A stretch of DNA of 64,000 bases from Paragordius varius (GCA_964247055.1 OZ176055.1:5022001-5086000); one strand, 5' to 3'. Shown: positions 27,801-41,239, counted from the first letter of the stretch. The notes: generated by a model not told the origin, from the sequence alone. Program-made: numbers and translations.

Positions 27801-29200
27801 AATTCCTACGGTCTCATCCCCTGGGTTAAGAATAGATTCAAGAAATTATTTTTGTGGACGTTTTTTATTGAAAAAAATGGCATTTTACGGGGGGAGCGGG
27901 CAAAAGGAGGGCCTAAATCAGTAAAGCGATCCGACTATGTTCGGCGCAATCGTAAAAGTAAAAAAAATCATATTTGAAATCGAATCGTCTAACACGTTTT
28001 CCGGAAAATTTTCTCAAGTTTCGAAAAAAAAAACCGTTTTTACACGGGGTGGGCCTGAACTAGGGGACTAATTTAAAAAACAGGCGAAGCTATTGTCAGG
28101 GCATTCATTAATGATTATATTTTTTGATATTTCCACCACTTTCCATTTTTAAAAATATATAGATTAATAAGGAACATAAAAGGCTGATTCAAAAAAGGGA
28201 AAATGGAATCATTATATGATGAGTTAAACAGTAAGCAAGGTCTAAACAAAGTTATTAAAATTGCTCGACAAAGACACAGAAGAAAGCTGGACTTGCCCCC
28301 TTACCCGACCGCTATTAAAGACAAAAACGGTAAATTACTCGTTGAGAAAGAGAAAATTTTGAAGAGGTGGAAAGGATATTTAGAACCTTGATCTGTGCAT
28401 ATTGAAATTATAACTAAAGAAGAAGTTTAGGTTAGTTTTGAGATGTATATAAATAAATCTGCAGGTACATACGATATTAACATAAACTGTTGGAAAATAA
28501 TCACAGATAAAGGTATTGAATTTTTAGCGGATATTTTTAATAATGTAGTTACTACGGCTATGATACCATCCGAATGCAAGAAGAGTTTCATTGTTCCCAT
28601 TTTTAAGGGTAAAGGAGATATAAATGATTGTAACAAAATTACAGAGCAATAAGATTGATGTCGTATACAATGAAGTTTTGAGAAAATATTAGAGAAACGA
28701 ATAATAAAAATGGTTAGTATAGAGGGTAATCAATTTGGTATTCCGGAAAGTCTAACATCGATCCCCACGTATTAAGAAGGCTAATTGAGAAGAATATATA
28801 AATGAAAAAAGGGGTTGTATGGTATTTTAATCAATATTGAAAGGCGTTTTACAGGACGAAGTACAATATGGTGTTTAAGACAAAAAACGTTCCTGAAAGT
28901 TACATAATAATTCTAAAGCGTGTACGGCTCTCACCATACCAAAGTTAAAACACACCAAGGATTGCCAGATCCTATTGAAATAAACCAAGGCGTCTATCAG
29001 GGGTCAGCATCCGTTGCTATTAATAATATGCATGGACGAAATTTTAAAAGAAGTGGGGCAATATAGTGGCTGATATTTTCTTTATGCAGACGACCTAATA
29101 GTGCTGTCAGACGAGTTGCATGAATTAAAAGAATTGGTTAGCAAATGGATCGATGTGTTACGGCGGTGCGGTTTGTTAATTAAAAGAATACTTATAAATT
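24860..29200 (+). pseudogene. Second RTE-like LINE (APE endonuclease, linker, RT), degenerate and split by a Helitron
   Basis: NVGWLISKLYELVETM..FLCIQE (APE), DYI motif near 25480; after the insertion SLYDELNSKQG, IVPIFKGKGDIND, NQFG, YADD near 29085. Confidence 0.85.
25903..28163 (-). mobile_element. Non-autonomous Helitron with an internal satellite-like array
   Basis: On the minus strand the 5' end is TCTATATATTTTTAAAAAATGG and the 3' end is ...GAAGCGTGACAGGGCCAGCTAG. Inserted between A and T with no TSD: removing it restores TATAAAGA|TTAATAAGG of the LINE. Confidence 0.8.
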
Positions 29201-30169
29201 TTGATGTGAAAAAACGAGAAACGTTCTAAGAAGGTTGGGTAGTAAAAGGCCAGGGAGGGAAAATATTTAGCAACCAAAAAATCCTTACAATTTCCTGTAA
29301 CAAGTCTATTTTATGACAAATTAATATTTGTATTGGGATCTATACGGATTGTTGGTTGATATTCCACTAATTTTCAATCCTATGTTGCATAAATTATATG
29401 CTTAATAATTCATAATCATGTGATAATCCAAAATAAAATAGACTAAATTTTTTATACACTCATAAACCAGATGACAAAAAAATGCAAAAATAAAAAACAA
29501 TATTTTTGACTGAATAAAATATGAATGTTAAGATTTTAATATTGAGTTTAGGTAGTAAATAAAATATTATTTTAATATAGTTTCATTAAACTTATTTTGT
29601 CTTTTAAGTGTGATAAAAGAAAAACGCTATCTTTTGACCTGAAATTTTATAGAAACCCAAACTATATGATTTTAGGCTATTTATATGAAAATATCTCCTA
29701 AAATGATAATAAACCATAATATTTCAAATTTTATCATTATTTTTTGAAATATTCTTAATTATCCTTAATTTCACTTTTTGCTTTCGATTTTCTCTCAATA
29801 TTTCAAAAACTAGGTTGTCAACAAATAAATGTTTTTACGGCAAATGAATACGCTGGTCCCAAGCTATCTCAAGAAAAATTTTTTCGTTAAAAATTTTTTG
29901 CACACAGTGTATATTTACAAATTAAATTAAGCTCGTATAAGTTATATCTGGTTTCCTGATTGATCATATATCCCCCGCAAGCCCATATCAAGAAGAACCG
30001 AGTTATGTATTTTGACGAAGTAGTTTGATTTTTTTACCAGGACTTGATTGATCACACTAGACAGCAAGGTTTTGCACCACCCTATTTTTTTGCATTTACT
30101 GTTTAATGCTAAAAAGGCCAAAACAAAATAATTTGAAGGCGCCAATAGGATTTTTTTAAAATTTGATTG

Positions 30170-30570
30170 TTTATTTTGTATTTAATTTAAAATGGAGAGA
30201 TCTTAGATATACTGGGTTTAACGGAGACTAGGCAAAGAGATAGCGCGAAAGCACAAAACTAAAAATATACCTTGTTAAAATAGGGAGATGACAAAAATAT
30301 AGAAGGCGTTGCGATATTAATAAAAGAACGAATGGTATAATCATTAGTTAACCATATACATCCAGAATTATGAGTTCTAGGCTAAATGTTAAGCCATATA
30401 AATTTATATACATAGTAGTTGCTCCTACGTCAAATGCTCCTAATGAAGATACAGAGGATTTTTATAAGCTGCAAATAGTTTTGGATGAAACGAAAGGAGA
30501 TATGATAATCATAGGAGGTGATTCAAAGTTTGTACAGGCAGAGTAGATCAAATAGTAGGGTATAGAATGG
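30170..30570 (+). pseudogene. LINE APE endonuclease fragment
   Basis: Degenerate LGLTETR, GVAILI, VAPTSNAPNEDTEDFY, IIGGD motifs. Confidence 0.65.
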
Positions 30571-30606
30571 GGAAAATATTTAATTTAGATACATAAAATT
30601 AATAAA

Positions 30607-33124
30607 TACCATTTCCCAGTCCATCGAAACGTTTTTCCAGTCAATGAAAACATTTTCTCAGTCAATAAAAAACATTTTCCCAATCAATAAAAACGTTTTC
30701 TCAGTCAATAAAAACGGTATTATTTTTTATGATAAATATCAAAACGAGATATACTAATAACTTTTAACCATTATCAGCGTAATATTAGGATATTATTTTT
30801 TATATCTACACAATTATTGAATGACAATATTTCTTATATATTCCAATACACAATCATTAATGATTTATTCTTTAAAAGATATATTATATTAACTGTAAGA
30901 ATATTTTATGGTTTTTAAGAAATTTTAAGAAAAGATTTAATATTTTTTTATTTTATCGACGGTTGCATTAATATTCGAGGCTAACATATAAAGTTTATAG
31001 TTACGGATATAAAATTTATAAAAATATACAACTTTCATCTCAAATTGGTCATTTAACGCTTCAAGTTGGATCATAAACATGTCGAATTGTGGTTAAAAAT
31101 ACTGTCGAAAAAAAATATCTAAACAAAACATGTTTAATTAACGTTTTTGATTTAAAAATATTTTATAAAAAAGGATATTCTAAAACAATGGCTTCGCGGG
31201 CCGCATTTTTAACTCAAAAAGCACGGCGTTCCGCATTCGATATATACCATTTCCAGTCAAAATAAACGTTTTCCAAGTCAATAAAAACATTTTCTCAATC
31301 AATAAAAACGTTTTCCCAATGAAAATGGTTTTATTTTTGATGATAAATATCAAAACAAGATATAAAAATAACTTTTAACCATTATCAGCGTAATATCAAG
31401 ATATTATTTTTTAAAACACAATTATTGAATGTTCCAATTATATTCCAGTGCATAATCATTAATGACATTTTATTTAAAAGTTATATTTTTGGAATTTGAG
31501 AGGTTTTTAAGATAATATTTTTTATTTTATTGATGATTCGCATTATTTGCGGCTAACTTAAAAAATTTATAATTACGGTTGAAATAATAAAATTTATAAA
31601 AATATACCATTTTTATCTCATAGGTCATTTAACACTTCATATTGCATCTTAACATAAATTTTACTCTAATTTTATAATATTTCTCATTTGGTCCGTCGGA
31701 GCCTAAGGCGGCTTTCCGAGTATCTTTGTGCGGCTCGCGAAAAATTTGGAAATCCATATGCAAAGATATGCCCACAAAATCTTAGTAATATTTATTAATC
31801 TTACGCAATTATTCTGAATGAATCTATTAAATAGGTAACGAATTAAAAAAATGTTATATTGTGTTTGTTTTTACAGTCTTATGTCTAATCGAAAAATTAT
31901 GTTGCCCGTATATATTTCGAATGCGGAAAGTTAAAAATGTGGCCACGAAGGCATTTAGTTGGACATCCTTGTTTCAGTCAAATATCCTTTTTATTAAATA
32001 TTTTTAAATCAAAAACATTTTAATAAAAAAGATTTTTTGTTTAGATATTTTTTCCGACAATATTTTTATCGACAAACGTGACATTCTTAAAATTTTGAAG
32101 CGTTTCGCAAATATTAATGCGAACCATCGATAAAATAAAATATATTATCTTAAAAACCTCTCAAATTCCAAAAATATAACTTCTAAAGAATAAGTCTTTA
32201 ATGATTATGCACTGGAATATAATTGAAAAAACTATCATCAATAATTGTGTTTTTATAAAATTAATATCCTAATATTACGCTAATAATGGATAAAAGTTAT
32301 TTTTCTATCTTGTTTTGATATTTAACATCAAAAATAAAACCGTTTTTATTGACTGGGAAAACGTTTTTATTGATTGGGAAAATGTTTTTATTGACTGGGA
32401 AAATGTTTCGGACTGGGAAATAGTTTCGATTGACTGGGATAACGTTTAGATTGATTGGGAAAATGTTTTGATTGACTGGGAAAACGTTTATTTTCACTGG
32501 AAAATGGTATAAACTTTGCCAATTCAATAGACTCATTCGGAATAATAGCGGAAGAAGTATTAATTTTACTAAGATTTTGTGGGCATAATTTTGTATATGG
32601 ATTTCATTATTCGCGGGCCGTACAAAGAATCTCGGAAGGCCGCGTTTAGCCACCCCTGGACCAAATAATAAAAATTATATAAATTAGGGAAAAATTTATG
32701 TTTAACACCGATATGAAGCGTTAAATGACCAATTGATAAAAATGGTATATTTTTATAAATTTTATTATCCGTAACTATAGATTTAATAAGTTAGCCTCGA
32801 ATATTAATGCGAACCATCTATATAATAAAAAAATCATTAAATATTTTCTTAAATATAGCTTTTAAATAATAAATTATTAATGATTGTATATTGGAATATA
32901 TAGGAAATATTGTCATTCAATAATTGTGATTTATAAAAAATAATATCCTAATACTACGCTGATAATGGTTAAAAGTTATTTTTATATCTAGTAATATTTA
33001 TCATAATAAATAATACCGTTTTTATTGACTGAGAAAACGTTTCGATTGACTGGAAAAATGTTTCGATTGATTGGGAAAATGTTTCGATTGACTGGGAAAA
33101 CGTTTTTTTGACTGGGAAATGGTA
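30607..33124. mobile_element. Family C foldback element (outer copy) containing a second family C copy
   Basis: Ends are TACCATTTCCCAGTC and GACTGGGAAATGGTA, with approx. 20-bp subterminal repeats (AAACGTTTTCCCAGTCAAT..) and long imperfect TIRs. Confidence 0.8.
31245..32509. mobile_element. Family C foldback element nested in the opposite orientation inside another family C copy
   Basis: Ends are TACCATTTCCAGTCAAAAT and ATTTTCACTGGAAAATGGTA. Arms of about 300-400 bp are reverse complements. The outer copy resumes after a short deletion. Confidence 0.85.
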
Positions 33125-33791
33125 TATTAAGCATTCCAATCATTATAAAGCTATAAACTGTATTATCCAAATGAGGATATATAATGTTGAAGATGAACAA
33201 TTTTCCGCACAATCATCAAAAAATTTAGAGGTGTAATAACAATCATAGGTGTGATATATCAAACAAATATTATTAAATATTTTCTGAAAATATTAAAAAA
33301 AATGTATTGATTTATATAGATGAAAAAAAGATTATTTGTACAACGTAAAGAACAAAATAATTAGTTTGAACTGGTATTAATAAATTTAAAAGACGTTTAA
33401 TATTTGATGGGTGGGAAATAAATATTTCACCTCTAAATTCTGTGATGATTGAAAATGCCGTCATCCCCATCTTCATCTCTATGTTCAAAAGAAGATTTAA
33501 AATATATCCTTAGTTAAATAATACAGTGTACTGTATAGCAAATATTTGAAATGTTTGAGATGCTTTATAAAATATTAGTCACCATGAAAATTGTCGGAGT
33601 GTAATATAATAGATATTTAGACACACATTTAATACATTAATATGAAAAAACTGCTAAATATTTTTCCTGTTAAAATATATTGCGATCAGAAATCACTAAA
33701 TGTTTCGGTAGATATTTCTTAAGGCATTTAACGATTATTATATAATTCCGATTATTAATTAATTGCAGTCGAATACCATTGATATTTTTTA

Positions 33792-33801
<10 letters not shown>

Positions 33802-33884
<83 letters not shown>
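33802..33884. repeat. (TA)n microsatellite abutting a family C element
   Basis: Approx. 80-bp pure TA run, read directly. Confidence 0.95.
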
Positions 33885-33886
<2 letters not shown>

Positions 33887-35133
33887 ATTTCCCAGTCAAA
33901 ACGTTTTCCCAGTCAATCGAAACATTTTCCCAGTCAATCGAAACGTTTTCTCAGTCAATAAAAACATTTTCCCAATCAATAAAAACGTTTTCCCAATGAA
34001 AATGGTTTTATTTTTGATGATAAATATCAAAACAAGATATAAAAATAACTTTTAACCATTATCAGCGTAATATTAGGATATTATTTTTTATAAAAGCACA
34101 ATTATCAAATGACAATTTTTCCAATTAAATTCCAGTGCACAATAATTAATGACTTATTCTTCAATTGTTATTTTTTTGGAATTTGAGTTTTTTAAGATAA
34201 TATTTTTTTTTATCGATGGTTCGCATTAATATTTGCGGTCAACTTAAAATATCTATAATTAGGGAGGAAGTAATAAAATTTATAAAAATATACCATTTTT
34301 ATCTCAAAGGTCATTTAACACTTCATATTGGATCTTAAACATAAACTTTACCCTAATTTTATAATATTTATCATTTGGTTCATTGGGAGCCTAAGGCGGC
34401 TTTCCGAATATCTTTGTGCGGCTCGCGAAAAATTTGGAAATCCATATTCTAAAAATATGCTAACGAAATCTTAGTAATATTCATATTTCTTAGGCAATTA
34501 TTATGAATGAACCTATTCAATTGGTAACGAATTAAAAAATATGTTATATTGTGTTTGTATTTTACAGTCTTATTAATCAAAAAATTATGTGAATGCCCGT
34601 ATATATTTCGAATGCGAAACGGTATGCTTTTTTAAGTCAAAAATGAGGCCCGCGAAGGCATTTAGTTGGACACCCTTGTTTTAGTCAAATATCCTTTTTA
34701 TTAAATATTCTTAAATCAAAACATTTTCATAAAAAAAAGTTTTTCGTTTAGATATTTTTTCCGACAGTCTTTTTATCGACAAACTTGACATATTTAAAAA
34801 CTGCTGTGAAGCGTTCCACAAATATTAATGCGAACTATCGATAAAATAAAAAATATTATCTTAAAAACATCTTAAATTCCAAAAATATTACTATTAAAGA
34901 ATAAGTCATTAATGATTGCACTCTATACTTGGAAAAATTGTCATTCAATAATTAGGTTTTTATTAAAAATAATATCCATATTAGGCTGATAATGGTTAAA
35001 AGTTGTTTTTATATTCTTGTTATGATATTTATCATTAAAAATAACCGTTTTTATTGACTAGGAAAACGTTTCGGTTGATTGGGAAAATGTTTCGATTGAC
35101 TGGGAAAACGTTTATTTTGACTGCAAAATGGTA
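33883..35133. mobile_element. Family C foldback element, complete copy
   Basis: Ends are TACCATTTCCCAGTC and GACTGCAAAATGGTA; collinear with 31245-32509. Confidence 0.85.
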
Positions 35134-36910
35134 TATAAATATATATTATTGTAATAAATATTGATTGCGTTTTTACTTAATTCAAAAATGGTATTGTAGC
35201 CATATTTGACACAAAAAGCAGACGAATAATATTGAATCGTCTGCTGAATGAGATTAATAAAGAATGCAAAATGTTATACGGTAATAAATTAAAATATTTA
35301 AAAATAAGCAGAGTTTTTAACTTGTCATCAATTGAAAATTTCTAATATATAAAATGAGAGCTGTTAATTTAAAAAATATAATCAGTGTAGGCGCTTATTG
35401 GAGGTTGATATTTGGGATTTAATCTAATTAACACTTCTTTTTATGCAATGACATTTTGGGGCAGTTACCCCTGGGCTTAAAGTACTAACCAAACTACTGT
35501 TATAAAAGTAGATTTGGTTAACCACCCTCTTCTCCAGTTTTATAAAAAACTTAGAATTTTTACCGTTTTTTGACTTCTAGAGTCCCATATTCATAACTTC
35601 GAAACACGTTTGAAACGAACAGCTGATATTAAAATCGATCGATATTGGTAAATAATAATTTGAAAGCTACTTAATTATTTATATTCATAATAAACATATT
35701 GCTTGTTGTACGATTCAAAAAAATTTCAAAGACAAAATTGGCGGCGAAAAAATTTAAGGTGAGGATTTTTTACGATTTTCCATTGTTTTAATTTTTTTGT
35801 ATCATGCGCCTTAAGGATAAAGAAAGCATGTATCTAAATTTTGACCAAAGCTAAAATAATTTAAAGATATTTAAATTTTAAATGACTTTTGGGGTAAAAA
35901 TGAGCCTAAAAGGTTATGAAGTAAGAATATATAAGTTATTACGCATATGTAGGAAAAAACTTTTAATATGAGAATAATATCATGAATATTTGAAATATTA
36001 TTAATTTCAAATAGTAAAGCATCTTCTAATATTACTTTTTAAATTCAATTATAACAATTATATGATGGAAATGAAGTTTATAAATTTAAAAAGGAAATTT
36101 TGCCTTTTCAGTTATATATTGAATCCTATTCATATAATATCTCTTAGTGTTTAATCAAATAATGGTTTATTTTTGAGCAGGTGAATATCATATACTATGT
36201 TATAGTATAAAAACTTCATAAAAAATAAATACTAAACATTCAGTTAATCAGATTTTATAGGGTTATTATAAATATTAATATTATATAAGACCTCCTATTC
36301 ATACACTATATATTTCAGTTATTAGTATAAATACAAAAAATTTTGTCGGTATAAAAAAATTTTTCCGTATAAAAAAAGATTTGTCCGCATAAAAAAATTT
36401 TAATCTTTTGATTTTATTTAAATGTCTGTTATAAAAAATTTTGTCTGTTAGTCAAAAAATCGTTTAAAATTTTACTGTAAGTTCTTTCTGGGAAATGAAA
36501 TTTAATTTAAGCGTATTTTAGGGAAATTCGAAGCATGGTGGAATGGCCATAAAAACATTTTAAGATATAAAAACATTTCCCTATTTAGTTTGATGTTTCT
36601 AGAAATTTTGATGATCTCAAATTTTGATCAAAAGACTCGTTTACGAATTTGGATAAATTAAAACAAAATTAATTAAGCGTAGATTTATTCATCAGCATCG
36701 AAATATAAAGATAATGTGTTTTTATATTCAGGGCCCAAAAAGTACCTTTTTATGGCCCTGAATTATGCATGCTTAAGTTCATATTTTTATTAAATGATTG
36801 ATTAAAAATACATATAATTGATGAGTTTTGGCTGATTTCAATATTTATTTATTCTTTGGTGCAAAAAAATCCGGCTTTAATATCTAATTTTGGTAATCTT
36901 CTATTTTTAT

Positions 36911-37655
36911 CAGGGCTTGGAACCGGTTCAAAAAAAGTGGAACCAGAACCGGGTCGGTTCCTGAATAAGTGGAACCGGAACCACATTGGTTAAAAATTTT
37001 GCGGTTCCTGACTTTTGATTAAATGATTTACAGAATTATTATTACCAAGATATAAACAATTATATATCAAACAATTCATTATAAATTGCCAAATGTATAG
37101 TGAAAGAAATATAGTGTAGCATAATAAATTAAAGAAATTATAAAAATATAATATAGGAAAAACTATAAGTACAAAGGTATAAATTGAGAGTTTAATTTAG
37201 TATGTCATATAAAAAAATCTTTATTTAACATTAAAAAATTATTAGACCAAGCTATTCGCTGGTCAAACTGCTTCAAAAGTCTGAAAATTGAAAATTAAGG
37301 GTGAAATTCCTTTCAACGGAGAGCTATATGTACGAACATATGTATTATAAATAAACTCGACTTATGACTATTACTTTTTTTAGGAGAGCCGAATCGCCCC
37401 AAAATTCAGAGGGTAGAGCTAATATAATATTAGGCGCTTAGTTTAGGTTTAGAGTTTGAAGTATGAAATATGTAGTGCTACAATCAAATTTAAACAATAA
37501 AATAGAATTTTTATAACAAAAATCATATGGGAACCAGTAATTAAGGGGGTGGAACCGGAACCGCGTTGGTTCCATCCCAATGTAACCGGTTCTTGTTAAA
37601 ATCCTAGGAACCGGGTTCCGGTTCCATGTGGTTCCGGTTCCGGTTCAAAGCCCTG
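36911..37655. mobile_element. hAT MITE, 745 bp
   Basis: TIRs CAGGGCTTGGAACCGG / CCGGTTCAAAGCCCTG, exact 8-bp TSD ATTTTTAT, subterminal GGAACC/GGTTCC repeats. Confidence 0.9.
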
Positions 37656-38624
37656 ATTTTTATTAATTATAAAATGAAATTATTTTGTAGAGGAATTACC
37701 GAAATTAAAAATGTTCACACATATCAGAATTTGTTTAATTATTTTCCATTTCCATTTTCAAGTTCTTATTCCTTATTCGCCTTTTGCTACTTTAGCTACC
37801 CCATTTTATTTATTTAAATTGCTAAAACTCCTTGTTTATTTTTTCTTTTAAAGACATTACTATAATATTCAAACTTATTTTGAGTACAATTCTATATAAG
37901 ATTTTGTTTGTCCTAAAAAATTTTTTTAACTCAATAATTACGCATACGAATGCATATATTGCTAAAAAAACAAAATTATCCCATAAAAATAGCCTTTTAA
38001 AAAAGGGAGAAAATTATTTTGTAATATTAAATGTAAAAAATTTCTCATTTGCAAGAAAACATAACAAGATTTTAATAAAATGAGCTCGTGTTCTACTGTT
38101 TTTCCTCGACTCGCAAATGCGAGGCTGGGCATTTAAAAGTATGTTGATATGTATTGAAATCGCTTAAATGCCCATATGAACAAGGCATATAGATTGGCTT
38201 TTCATAATGCAGAGCCAAATTGTGAAAAATATTAATAAATTTTAATGTTCTATTATGTGATTGTTAATAGTTATTATGAAGTATTTTTATTTTTTAAATT
38301 AAATGGCAGGGGCATAATAGGTGCGATTTTCATGCCACTGCAAAAAATTTATGTGAACTGATTTGAAGTATGAATATTTGCATATGTGTCAAACGGCTTT
38401 GGGATATTTATTAAACCTATAGTGAATGGTCCTTGAAACATAAAATATGTATTATTCGGCCCGTCAAAATATTTTGGTGACCACCACTATGTTAAAGTTT
38501 TTGCCTACCGTTCTTCCCTGCTTCCATACACAACTTCAACAAATGTTGCTAAATTTTGAAATTTTAATCAAAGTATGAATTCAAAAAATTTACAGTGTCA
38601 CAACCCTATGCAAAAAAATACCTT

Positions 38625-39700
38625 ACACTGCATTCCAAATCGGGGAGTATAACTGGAGAATTATATATATTCTGATAAAAATGTATCAGGATTGTCATGG
38701 TGCTTTTGGTTTTGACCCTTACGAGTGATTTAAGAAATTGTGGCAAGTGCTCCATATCAGAAAATGGCAAAATTTGCGCATATTTTTTCAAATAAATTTT
38801 TTGGTGAAGGCTATAGGCCTCTTTCCAAAAAATATCACTAAAATATATCATAGAGGGAAAATAATACTTTTAATTTTAATTTAAAGACGTTGTCGAAAGT
38901 CCCAAATTTTTTGCCCTTCTAAAATAGGTTCCTTTTAAAAAATACTTAGGAGATCGGGCGATAAAAACTTTGAATATTGTTAAATTTTAACATTAGCTAA
39001 AAATATTTTTTAAAAAGGCACATCAAAATTGAATTTTTAGCGAAATTCTGTGGAAAAGTAGTATACTTTTTTTAGTCATGATATAAACGGTTTAAACACG
39101 CTTTTAAAAATAATAAAAACACTGTATCTATATAATTCAAAGAGTTTTGATTATAACAATCGTCTTCAAATTTATAAATTATTGTGTTTTTTTTAATAAA
39201 ATTTACCAAAATCTAGCAGAGAATCTTTAAATAAAAATGAAGCGATAGAAATGTTCAGCATCAAATTACGTAGAAAGGATTTTTTATACCGTTTCTGCCT
39301 CAAACTAGCATGAAGTGAGCTTCAATAAAATTTTCCTAAAAATCAAATTATTGAAAATAGTATGTATTTTTAATAAATATTTTTAGTATCAAAATTTCGC
39401 ATAAATTTAAAATTTTTTATTGCGCAATCGTGGCATTTATGCGTTTATTTTAAGAGGACTAGCTCATTTTAGAAAAACAATTGGAACCACATCTAATTAA
39501 ATTTTAAATATTGTTTTGCTTTCTATATGTTATATATGATTATAATTATTAGTGATGTTTTTGGAATTAGATTTTAACATAAAATTTTATTTAAAAAATG
39601 CGCGCAAGTTTTGAAATATTCTGATATGGAGCACTTACCACAAAAGTGGAAATAACCTTCTCAAATCACAAAATAATTTTGGCCAGTACATTAAATAAAT
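38625..39700. mobile_element. Family E long-TIR element
   Basis: Left arm TACACTGCATTCCAAA..GTGCTCCATATCAGAA mirrors right arm TTCTGATATGGAGCAC..; the right terminus is eroded. Confidence 0.6.
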
Positions 39701-40545
39701 TTTTTAGATAGATTGAATGATAATCTTACAAAATGAGTAAAATATTAGGGAAATGTCATGGGATTAAATGCAAAAAGTATGGGCCAAGTAATATATATTT
39801 GGAATGATTTTAACACTCAGTTGCATCTAAAATCTTATGGCAAAAACATAATTTGGAGTATTTTTACAGAACGGTTTGCACATGAAAATTTAAAATTATA
39901 AAATTTATATTATATCTAAAATATAGAGTTGATGCATATATTATATTTTTAGACAAAAAGTCTTAAGTCTGTACCTCTTTGTCCGTATATTGTAAATTAA
40001 ATTTTACATATAAGAAGTTTAATCAGAAATTCTATATCTATTTAGCCATTTTTAATTTCAGTTAACCAGCGCATTACTTTATTGAATAGCAAAAATTGAG
40101 TTTCAAGCTTATATTACGTTTGTCAGAAATATTTATTTGTTAGTTACAGCTATGCTATTTATCATGCGCTTTTTACGTAGTAATTTTCCATGGGTAATGT
40201 AAAAAAACTTTTTATATATTTTAATATTAATGCATCTATGTAATTATATCAATTTAATATAGGCTAGTTTGGAAGGCAACTACGTCTTCTATCTTTTCTC
40301 TTTTTGTCGATTACATTTTGGGGAAGTTTTGCGCATAAGTCATTTTCTATTAAAGAGAAAGTTCCTTTCTTATTTTAATGTATCCAAAGATAGCTCCAAA
40401 ATCCGCTTTAACAAATTTTATAATTAATTATATTAAAAAATTGTATGCTAAAATGTATAAGCTCTTTGATGTAAATTAATATTCTACAACCATTACACAT
40501 CTACACAGCGCACAAAATCGGGGGATAAAATATAATAAATTGGTA

Positions 40546-40735
40546 GGCGTGATGGTATAGTAGATAGGGGGCCGGACTCTCACACTGCGTGCCTGAGTTC
40601 GATCCCCGAAACTACGCATTTTTTCCATCATCACTGTCAGCCCTGGGCAGGCGAGTGTTAATGCCTTCACAAGTCCTTATACAATTTAAGTCCTTACCCT
40701 TTATAAAAAAGGAAAAAAGAGACTCTAAACTGTAT
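40546..40735 (+). mobile_element. tRNA-derived SINE-like repeat
   Basis: GGCGTGATGGTATAGTAG (A-box-like), CTCTCAC, GAGTTCGATCCCC (B-box), T6, then an approx. 110-bp body shared with 12712-12890. Confidence 0.7.
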
Positions 40736-41239
40736 ATTTTTTTATATATCCCGTTACAAAAATTTATCAAGATTATTGGTGCATTTTTAGGAAATAAAGT
40801 TTTTTTTGAGAAAAGTAAATACTTCAAAAATATTAAAATATGTCATAAACTATATTAAAACAAAACAATATTTTTATTACTTTTTATATTTTATATGGCT
40901 CTGAAAGTCGCTAATTTTCGGAACGCCTTAAATGGTCTGGTTAAAATAAACGTGAAAATGCCGTTGACGATAATAACCTTTAATAGATGCACGATTTTGA
41001 CATCAAATTTTTTTATAATGCCTTATTTAGTTTTCACGCAATTAAACACATGTTTTTAATCGAGAGGGAAAGATATGGTATACCTACCCTATTTTTATCT
41101 AACTTTTTATCAAAAACATTGATTTTATACTTTCTCCAAACATACTGGACATCTTTTATATTTTATTCCATACATATCCTTAACATATTTCTTATCTCAC
41201 CTCACATTCTAAGCACGTTTGAAAATATTGAAATCGCGC

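Noticed and set aside
32297-33212. ORFs with FPVN(K/R)N(I/V) repeats; 20-bp arrays resembling CRISPR
   Set aside because: These are family C subterminal repeats. The units are contiguous with no unique spacers, no cas genes are present, and the DNA is eukaryotic.
33670-33961. (YI)n ORFs here and at 12654-12857
   Set aside because: Translations of (TA)n microsatellites.
40546-40618. Possible functional tRNA-Glu(CTC) or tRNA-His gene
   Set aside because: The anticodon and T stems do not pair in either copy, and the downstream body is also duplicated, so it is treated as a SINE-like repeat.
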